A DNA stretch of 64,000 nucleotides from an uncultured Eubacteriales bacterium (GTDB lineage Bacteria > Bacillota > Clostridia > Oscillospirales > CAG-272). Each line of letters begins with the position of its first letter. Within the stretch, counting starts at the first letter, position 1. Both the position numbers and the translations under genes were made by a program. The stretch is taken from assembly GCA_934447715.1 (NCBI GenBank), contig CAKSER010000002.1:18083-82082 (forward strand), read 5' to 3'. Shown piece by piece: positions 57,118-64,000 of this stretch. The notes under the pieces are model-generated. The model ran no database searches. It was given only the letters and a program-made list of their open reading frames with translations, and was not told the DNA's origin.

Positions 57118-57848
57118 TTACTCCGGACGAAACCGGCTATCCTCGCGACATTTCGTTTCTCGAGGAAAAAATCGGTTATAAATTCAAATCAGATAAATAC
57201 ATCTCCACGGCGCTTACTCATTCATCGTTTTCGAACGAAATGAAGGCAAAAAACAAGCACTGCGAATGCAACGAGAGGATGGAATTCCTAGGCGACTCGA
57301 TCCTTTCGTACATCACAAGCCGATATCTGTTCGGCAAATTTCCTTCTCTGCCCGAGGGTGATCTTTCAAGGATCAGATCGGTCACCGTCTGCGAAAAGGC
57401 TCTTCACGATTTTGCGCTCGAAATTTCGCTCGGAGACTACCTTCTTCTCGGCCACGGGGAAAGCATCAATCACGGCAGAGAGCGCTCGTCGATACTTGCA
57501 GATGCGTTTGAAGCGCTTCTTGCGGCAATCTTCCTTGACGGAGGAATCGAGCCTGTCGAAAGCTTTCTTATGCCGTTTATAACAAAGGAAATCGATTCCG
57601 CAACCGGGCTCGGCGTGGCACAGGATTACAAAACCGCGCTTCAGCATGTTGTTCAGAAGGAAAAGGGCGATCTGCTCGAATATGTAACGGTGGCAGAATC
57701 CGGACCGCAGCACAAAAGAGTTTTCTCGGTCGAGGCAAGGCTTAACGGCAATGTTATCGGGAGAGGAAACGGGCTTTCAAAAAGAGAGGCGGAGCAGCTT
57801 TCAGCAAAGGAAGCGCTTGAGCTTTTCGGAATCGACCAGCCGCAGTAA
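57114..57848 (+). CDS. rnc: Ribonuclease III
   Basis: 244 aa with the RNase III signature ERMEFLGDS and a C-terminal dsRBD. Its ATGA start overlaps the plsX stop. Confidence 0.93.
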   Translation: MITPDETGYPRDISFLEEKIGYKFKSDKYISTALTHSSFSNEMKAKNKHCECNERMEFLGDSILSYITSRYLFGKFPSLPEGDLSRIRSVTVCEKALHDFALEISLGDYLLLGHGESINHGRERSSILADAFEALLAAIFLDGGIEPVESFLMPFITKEIDSATGLGVAQDYKTALQHVVQKEKGDLLEYVTVAESGPQHKRVFSVEARLNGNVIGRGNGLSKREAEQLSAKEALELFGIDQPQ

Positions 57849-57874
57849 AAGCAGAACTTAAAACAGATAAATAC

Positions 57875-58924
57875 ATGATGGATACAAAATCAAGCCGGGA
57901 AAGACACGTCAATATCCCGGTGTTCATACCGCATTTGGGATGCCCGAACGACTGCGTATTTTGCAACCAGCGCAGTATTTCGGGCAAAACAAATTTTGAC
58001 GCGTACAAGGTAAAGGATGAAATTTCGGCTGTTCTTTCGACCTTATCCGACATTTCTCCCTGCAATATCGAAATAGCCTTTTTCGGCGGAAGCTTTACCG
58101 GAATTGACCGGGAGCTGATGCTCTATCTTCTTGATACCGCACAGAGCTTTATCGACGAGAAAAAGGCAGGCTGGATACGGATGTCGACCCGTCCGGACTA
58201 TATAAGCCGTGAAATTCTCGACATTCTGTCCTGTTATTCGGTCAAAACCATCGAGCTGGGCATACAAAGCATGTCGGACGAGGTTTTAAAATGCTCAAGA
58301 CGCGGACATACATCAAAGCAGACAGAAGAAGCGTGCAGGCTCATCCTTGATTACGGCTTCGAGCTTGTCGGGCAGATGATGATCGGGCTTCCCGGCTCGA
58401 CCGAAGAAGCAGAGCTTGAAACGGCAAGGCTGATCTGCGACATGGGCGCCAAAGGAGCAAGAATATATCCAACAATGGTGCTTTTTGACACCGAGCTTTG
58501 CGAAATGACAAAGAATCGGCTCTACCGTCCGCTTTCTCTTGACGAGGCGATAGACCGCTCCGCATCAGTGCTGAAAATCTTTGTCGAGCGCGATGTAAGG
58601 GTTATTAGAATCGGGCTTCATTCGGACGAGAGCCTTACGTCGGACGGCGGAATTTTTGCAGGCGGATATCATCCCGCAATGGGTGAGCTTTGCGAAAGCG
58701 AGCTTTATTACCGTCTGATCTGCGAAAGGCTGGAAAAGCTTAATAAAACAGACAATCCGACCGAAATATCGTTAAGAATTCCGAAGGGACATTTATCAAA
58801 GGTTATAGGAAACAAAAAAAGAAACAAAGAGCGTCTTGCAAAGGAATTTAACATAAAGAAAATCACTGCTATCGAGGACAGTACCCTCCCCCCCTTCACG
58901 GTGGCGGTCGGCCACGAAAAATAG
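57875..58924 (+). CDS. Radical SAM protein (Elp3-like domain)
   Basis: 349 aa with the cluster motif CPNDCVFC. It sits between rnc and smc, a position I recall as typical in Clostridia. Confidence 0.8.
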   Translation: MMDTKSSRERHVNIPVFIPHLGCPNDCVFCNQRSISGKTNFDAYKVKDEISAVLSTLSDISPCNIEIAFFGGSFTGIDRELMLYLLDTAQSFIDEKKAGWIRMSTRPDYISREILDILSCYSVKTIELGIQSMSDEVLKCSRRGHTSKQTEEACRLILDYGFELVGQMMIGLPGSTEEAELETARLICDMGAKGARIYPTMVLFDTELCEMTKNRLYRPLSLDEAIDRSASVLKIFVERDVRVIRIGLHSDESLTSDGGIFAGGYHPAMGELCESELYYRLICERLEKLNKTDNPTEISLRIPKGHLSKVIGNKKRNKERLAKEFNIKKITAIEDSTLPPFTVAVGHEK

Positions 58925-58933
58925 AGGAAAATG

Positions 58934-58962
58934 TTGAAAAAAGCAGCAAACCATGGTACAAT
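58934..58962 (+). promoter_or_regulatory. Sigma-A type promoter upstream of smc
   Basis: TTGAAA at 58934-58939, a 17 nt spacer, and TACAAT at 58957-58962 preceded by TGG (extended -10 like). Confidence 0.55.
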
Positions 58963-59012
58963 AATGCGGTGTACATTTCAACAAAACTTTAAGCTTAGTG
59001 CGCCGCATATTG

Positions 59013-59037
59013 CAAATTTACGCACTGCGTAAATTTG
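59013..59037. repeat. Perfect 12+12 bp inverted repeat (operator-like) in the smc leader
   Basis: caaatttacgca, centre c, tgcgtaaatttg. Confidence 0.85.
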
Positions 59038-59147
59038 TGAATCTTATTCCTAATTTATCGTACGGCGATACGGTGTGCACTTCTTAAAGACCTTAGATTC
59101 GGCGTACCGTACACAAAAACAAACCTACAAGGAGAAATCCCGAAAAA

Positions 59148-62100
59148 ATGAGACTTAAATCGCTTGAGCTTCAGGGGTTCAAATCATTTCCGGACAAAAC
59201 CGTTTTGAACTTCGAAAGCGGTGTTACCGCCGTTGTCGGACCGAACGGAAGCGGAAAATCGAATATTACCGATGCCATAAGATGGGTCCTCGGAGAAATG
59301 TCAACAAAGAGTATCAGAACGCCCAAAATGGAGGATATCATCTTCGGCGGATCCGCCACAAGAAAGCCGATGGGCTATGCGGAGGTTTCTCTTGTCATCG
59401 ACAACAGGTCGGGTGCCGGACGTCTTGACACAGAATATGACGAGGTCACCGTAACCAGAAGATACTATCGCGGCGGCGAAAGCGAATACATGATAAACCG
59501 CCGTGCCGTCCGTCTTAAGGACATTGCCGAGCTGTTTATGAACACCGGCATCGGAAAGACCGGCTATTCGAACATCGGTCAGGGCAAGGTTGCGGAAATC
59601 ATTTCCCAGAAAAGCGAAGACCGCAGAGGCGTTTTTGAAGAGGCTGCCGGAATATCCAAATTCCGCTACCAGAAAAACGATGCGGAAAGAAAGCTCAAAA
59701 CCGCAAACGAAAACAAGCTCCGCCTTTCGGACATTTTAAGCGAGCTTGAAGCAAGAGTCGGACCTCTTGAAAAGGAGGCAAACAACGCAAAGAAATACCT
59801 CGAGCTTTACGAGCAGAAAAAGAATGTGGATATTGCTCTCTGGATCTTCGATTCCGACCGCCTTCGCGAGAGCGGAAACGAAAACGAGCTTAAATACTCC
59901 GCATCAAAGCTGTCTCTTGAGTCGGTCGACGGAGAGATAAGCGAAATAGAGGCGAAAAGCGAAAAGCTGTATACCCAGATTCAGGATATCAAGTTTAAAA
60001 CCGATGAACTGGGGCAAAAGATTATCGAATCCGGGAACCGCAGGCATTCGATAGAGCTTGAAAATCACGACTGCGAAAGCGAGATCCGCCACATTGAGGA
60101 GCAGCTATCACGCAACGCAGAGGAAAGAGCAAAGAAAAGCAAGCAAAAGCTTGACACCGAAAAGCAGTCAGACGAGCAGGAAAGCGCATTAAAGGAAAAC
60201 AGGGAAAAATACACGTCGGTGCTTTCGGATATCGCTTCTCTTGACGAAAAGGGAAACAGCCTGAACGAGCAGCTCAAAAAAACCGAGCTTCTTCTCGGCG
60301 ACACCGAGGTTACGCAAAGAGATACGGAAATCCGGCTTGTAGAGCTGAAAATGAATCTGGCATCCTTAAACGGCTCTCACACAGCGGAAAGCGACCGCAC
60401 GGCAGAGCTTGAAGAAAGCCTTGCCGAGATCACAGAGTCGATTTCCTCTCTTTTAAAGCAGAAAAGCAACAAAGAAAAAAATCTTAATGATTATAAAGAA
60501 AACCGCAGCGCACAGCAGGAAAAGCAAAAAGACGCGCAGGCAGGAATTACAAGGCTCGAAGAGGAAGCGGAGGAGCTGAAAAACAAAATTTCCGAAGCAA
60601 AACTTTCTCTTGATACAAAAAGGCAGAGAGCGGACTCGCTGCGCAGGATGGACGAGCTGTTTGAGGGATACTCAAGGAGCGTAAAGGCTCTTATGAGCGC
60701 CACAGCAAACCGTACGGTAAAGGGCATCTGCGGTCCTATTTCAAAAGCAATCACCGTCGGCTCCAACTACGCTCTTGCAATAGAAACCGCGCTCGGAGCA
60801 AATCTTCAGAACATAATTACAGAGGACGAAGCGGCAGCAAAGGCGGCAATTAATTATCTGAAGCAAACCGGAGCAGGAAGGGCAACCTTCTACCCGATCA
60901 CATCGGTAAAGCCGTCCTCTTTAGGTCTTTCGGAAAACGAACTGAAGAGCAATTCGGGCTATGTCGGAATTGCAAGCAGGCTTGCCCTATGCGATGACAA
61001 ATACAGAGGCATAATCGATTATCTTCTCGGCAGAACAGCTGTTTTCGACAATCTCGATAATGCATCGATTGCGGCAAAAAAGCTCGGCTACAGGCTGAAA
61101 ATCGTCACTCTCGACGGACAGCAGATCAATGCCGGCGGCTCTTATACCGGAGGCTCGGTAAAGCACGACTCCGGAATGCTCACAAGAAAAGCAGAGATCG
61201 AAAGGCTGACAGAACAGGCAAAGGATGCAGAAAAAGCGCTTATTCAGCTTGAAAGCAGCCTGAATGAAAACAAGGAAAAGCTATCCGACCTCCGCAGAAT
61301 TTCGCAGGAGGCATCAGAAAACCTCGGACTGCTTCAGAGCCTTATTTCATCCGAGGAGACACAGCTTCAGGTAATTCTTTCTAAGACCGAGGCTGCCGAA
61401 AAGCAGAAAAAAGAGCTTTCGGACAATCTTGACGGCATCGGAGCAGGCCAAAAGGACTATGAAAAGAAAAAATCCGATGCCGAAAAGGAAATCGAGGAAA
61501 CAGAAAGGCTCGTTTCGGAAATCAAAGACAAGCTTGAAAAGCTCCACCGCGAATATGAAAAGGACGACGAGCAGCTCGACCTTATAAGCAAGGAGGGCAA
61601 CTCGCTTCTTATACAAAAGGCAACTCTTGAAAAGGACATCGAGACCGGAGAAAGCACACTTGCCTCGGCAAAGGAGCTTATAGCCACTCTGCTTTCCGAC
61701 ATTTCGGGCCTTGAGGAGTCGGATCTTGATCTTAACAAAAGGCTGGAAGCAACAAGGCAGAAAATAAAGAGCAACAGCTCGGATTTTGAAATGCTCAATT
61801 CCGAAATCGAAAGAATCGAGCAGGACAGAAGAGCCTATGTCGAAAAGACAATGCAGAACCAGAAGCTCGAGACCAAGCTGCGCGAAGAGCTGCGCGACAA
61901 GACCCGTGCAAGAGAGATCATCTTCCGCGACTATACGAAATTCGAGGCAAAGCGCGAGCAGCTTAAAGCCGAGCATGATCGTCTGGCTTCGAAAATCTGG
62001 GACGAATACGAGCTGACCTACAGCACCGCATGCGAGATGAATCTGCCGAAGGTCGACGAGTCGAACAGGCAGTCGTATTCGCAAAGACAGAACGAGCTGC

Positions 62101-62744
62101 GTTCCAAAATACGCGCGATCGGTCATGTCAATGTCGGTGCGATCGACGAATACAAGGAGGTCAAGGAAAGATACGACTTTTCGAAAAACCAAATCGAGGA
62201 TCTCGAAAAGGCGGAAATCAGCCTGACCGAAATAATCGGAAGAATCGAAAAGGAGATGCAGGCAAAATTCCTTTCTGCAATCGACAGCATCAACAAAAAC
62301 TTCAAGATCGTTTTCAGAGAGCTTTTCGGAGGCGGAGACGCAGAGATCTATCTTTCGGATCCTGACAATCCTCTTGAAAGCGGAATCGAGATCGACATTG
62401 CACCTCCCGGAAAGATTATAAAGAGCCTGATGACCCTTTCCGGCGGAGAGCAGTCGTTTGTCGCAATAGCACTGATATTTGCGATTCTTGAGGTGAACCC
62501 GACGCCGTTCTGCATCTTCGACGAGATCGAATCCGCGCTTGACGATGTAAATGTATACCGCTTTGCGGACTATATGAGAAAGTATTCCGACAAGACGCAG
62601 TTCGTTGTAATCACCCACAGAAGAGGCACAATGGAATCCGCGGATGTTCTTTACGGAGTTACAATGCCTGAAAGAGGCGTATCCAAAGTGCTCGGAATAA
62701 ACGTAAACGAAGTTGAACAGAAAATAGGAGAAAAGATAAACTGA
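59148..62744 (+). CDS. smc: Chromosome segregation protein SMC
   Basis: 1198 aa with Walker A GPNGSGKSN, long coiled coils, a hinge, the signature LSGGEQS and Walker B FCIFDEIESALD. Confidence 0.96.
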   Translation: MRLKSLELQGFKSFPDKTVLNFESGVTAVVGPNGSGKSNITDAIRWVLGEMSTKSIRTPKMEDIIFGGSATRKPMGYAEVSLVIDNRSGAGRLDTEYDEVTVTRRYYRGGESEYMINRRAVRLKDIAELFMNTGIGKTGYSNIGQGKVAEIISQKSEDRRGVFEEAAGISKFRYQKNDAERKLKTANENKLRLSDILSELEARVGPLEKEANNAKKYLELYEQKKNVDIALWIFDSDRLRESGNENELKYSASKLSLESVDGEISEIEAKSEKLYTQIQDIKFKTDELGQKIIESGNRRHSIELENHDCESEIRHIEEQLSRNAEERAKKSKQKLDTEKQSDEQESALKENREKYTSVLSDIASLDEKGNSLNEQLKKTELLLGDTEVTQRDTEIRLVELKMNLASLNGSHTAESDRTAELEESLAEITESISSLLKQKSNKEKNLNDYKENRSAQQEKQKDAQAGITRLEEEAEELKNKISEAKLSLDTKRQRADSLRRMDELFEGYSRSVKALMSATANRTVKGICGPISKAITVGSNYALAIETALGANLQNIITEDEAAAKAAINYLKQTGAGRATFYPITSVKPSSLGLSENELKSNSGYVGIASRLALCDDKYRGIIDYLLGRTAVFDNLDNASIAAKKLGYRLKIVTLDGQQINAGGSYTGGSVKHDSGMLTRKAEIERLTEQAKDAEKALIQLESSLNENKEKLSDLRRISQEASENLGLLQSLISSEETQLQVILSKTEAAEKQKKELSDNLDGIGAGQKDYEKKKSDAEKEIEETERLVSEIKDKLEKLHREYEKDDEQLDLISKEGNSLLIQKATLEKDIETGESTLASAKELIATLLSDISGLEESDLDLNKRLEATRQKIKSNSSDFEMLNSEIERIEQDRRAYVEKTMQNQKLETKLREELRDKTRAREIIFRDYTKFEAKREQLKAEHDRLASKIWDEYELTYSTACEMNLPKVDESNRQSYSQRQNELRSKIRAIGHVNVGAIDEYKEVKERYDFSKNQIEDLEKAEISLTEIIGRIEKEMQAKFLSAIDSINKNFKIVFRELFGGGDAEIYLSDPDNPLESGIEIDIAPPGKIIKSLMTLSGGEQSFVAIALIFAILEVNPTPFCIFDEIESALDDVNVYRFADYMRKYSDKTQFVVITHRRGTMESADVLYGVTMPERGVSKVLGINVNEVEQKIGEKIN

Positions 62745-63652
62745 TGGGATTTTTTGAAAAACTTAAACAAGGTCTTTCCAAAACAAAAAATTCAATTGTA
62801 GCGCAGGTTGACAACCTTTTCAAAAGCTTTGTCAAGGTAGACGAGGAGCTTCTTGAGGAGCTTGAGGAAATTCTTATTATGGCTGACGTCGGAATCGGTC
62901 CGACAGAGGAGATCATCGACAGGCTGCGCGACACAATCAAAGAAAAGAGAATCTCCGACCCGGAGGAATGTAAGGCAGAGCTCAAATCGATTCTTATCGA
63001 CATGATAGGTCAGGGCGAGCCGCTTAACCTTTCGACAACTCCGGCGGTAATCCTTGTTATCGGCGTAAACGGTGTGGGCAAGACCACCTCGATTGCAAAG
63101 ATTGCAAATCTTTTAAAATCCGAGGGCAAAAATGTCCTTCTTGCCGCAGCCGACACCTTCAGAGCCGCTGCAATCGATCAGCTCCAGATCTGGGCTGACC
63201 GTATAGGCGTTGATCTTATCAAGCATGATGAGGGCTCGGATCCTGCATCTGTCGTGTTCGACGCGGTAAACGCTGCAAAGAAAAGAGGCACAGATGTTCT
63301 CATAATCGACACAGCCGGCAGACTTCATAACAAAAAGAACCTGATGGATGAGCTTGCAAAGATAAACCGAGTTATAAGCAGAGAGCTGCCGGATTCGGCA
63401 AAGGACACGCTTCTTGTCCTTGATGCGACAACCGGACAGAATGCGGTAATGCAGGCATGCGAGTTCAAAAACTCCGCACCGATAACCGGGCTTGTGCTTA
63501 CCAAACTCGACGGAACGGCAAAGGGCGGAATTGTCTTCTCAATCAAAAAGGAGCTCGGAATTCCGGTAAAATTCATCTGTGTCGGAGAGCACATCGACGA
63601 CCTGCAGTATTTTGACGCAGAACAGTTTGTAGCAGCACTGTTCGAGGGTTGA
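62744..63652 (+). CDS. ftsY: Signal recognition particle receptor FtsY
   Basis: 302 aa with GVNGVGKTT, DTAGR and TKLDG GTPase motifs. Its start overlaps the smc stop by 1 nt (TGATG). Confidence 0.94.
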   Translation: MGFFEKLKQGLSKTKNSIVAQVDNLFKSFVKVDEELLEELEEILIMADVGIGPTEEIIDRLRDTIKEKRISDPEECKAELKSILIDMIGQGEPLNLSTTPAVILVIGVNGVGKTTSIAKIANLLKSEGKNVLLAAADTFRAAAIDQLQIWADRIGVDLIKHDEGSDPASVVFDAVNAAKKRGTDVLIIDTAGRLHNKKNLMDELAKINRVISRELPDSAKDTLLVLDATTGQNAVMQACEFKNSAPITGLVLTKLDGTAKGGIVFSIKKELGIPVKFICVGEHIDDLQYFDAEQFVAALFEG

Positions 63653-63656
63653 TTTT

Positions 63657-64000
63657 ATGGAAATCGTTCTTGCATCAAACAATAAGAACAAAATAAAGGA
63701 GATGAAAGCGCTTCTTGCACCTCTTTCGCCGCTTTTTGAAGGCGGAATTCAGCTTTTGTCTCTTTCTGATATAGGCTATACCGGTGATATAGAGGAAAAC
63801 GGACTGACCTTTGAGGAAAATGCAACAATAAAGGCATCGGTTCCGGCAAGCCTCGGCTACTACGGCATAGCAGACGATTCAGGTCTTGAGGTCGACGCGC
63901 TCGGCGGAAAGCCGGGAATCTACTCTGCAAGATACAGCGGAGAGCACGGCGATAACGAAAAAAACAATCAAAAGCTGCTTTCTGAGCTTGAAAATATCGA
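63657..64000 (+). CDS. rdgB: dITP/XTP pyrophosphatase (RdgB/HAM1 family). The 3' end runs off the window.
   Basis: This ORF is not in the ORF track because it has no stop in the window. My translation from the ATG at 63657 reads MEIVLASNNKNKIKEMKALL...DDSGLEVDALGGKPGIYSARY, which is typical of RdgB. Confidence 0.85.
   Translation, partial: MEIVLASNNKNKIKEMKALLAPLSPLFEGGIQLLSLSDIGYTGDIEENGLTFEENATIKASVPASLGYYGIADDSGLEVDALGGKPGIYSARYSGEHGDNEKNNQKLLSELENI

Noticed and set aside
61347-62618. 423 aa minus-strand ORF
   Set aside because: It is antisense to smc. The sequence is Leu/Phe/Val-rich and low in information, with no SD. It is the same artefact as above. The same holds for 27861-28568, 19225-19779, 53917-54591, 29291-29968 and 6046-6543.
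1-64000. Mobile elements, prophage, defence islands, CRISPR, tRNA/rRNA
   Set aside because: Scanning all ORFs and intergenic regions turned up no transposase, integrase, reverse transcriptase, phage structural genes, cas genes, spaced repeat arrays or tRNA-like cloverleaf sequences.

Overview
This window looks like core chromosome of an endospore-forming Firmicute. It is Clostridia-like, based on a spoVAC-spoVAD-spoVAE tricistron, spoIIGA-sigE, and the GdpP-L9-DnaB and rnc-radical SAM-smc-ftsY neighbourhoods; a finer taxonomic placement cannot be verified here. I support 59 protein-coding genes, most of them housekeeping: fumC, ldh, galK, tpiA, pgk, ftsH, hpt, tilS, dnaB, ribosomal proteins L1/L9/L11/L20/L28/L32/L33/L35, nusG, secE, secG, infC, der, plsX, plsY, topA, trmFO, dprA, rnc, smc and ftsY. 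I found no rRNA, tRNA, CRISPR array, transposase, integrase or reverse transcriptase. Genes lie almost entirely on the minus strand up to about 47.8 kb and entirely on the plus strand after 48.0 kb. The least explained content, in rough order of interest: (1) a tandemly duplicated two-gene envelope cassette at 6960-12952, pairing a membrane-anchored phosphodiester glycosidase with a large uncharacterized single-pass protein, between a lytic transglycosylase gene and the spoVA operon; (2) a roughly 280 nt G-rich, T-depleted, CAGCA-repeat spacer between the rplT terminator and the next gene; (3) an unusual infC locus with a probable ATA start, a long leader, a 68 aa Lys/Ala/Gly tail and a 250 nt palindrome-bearing spacer before rpmI; (4) an orphan YhaN-like SMC-type ATPase with a membrane hairpin in its coiled coil; (5) several operator-like palindromes and low-complexity tails on housekeeping proteins. 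All functional calls come from motif recognition by eye, and no database search was run.
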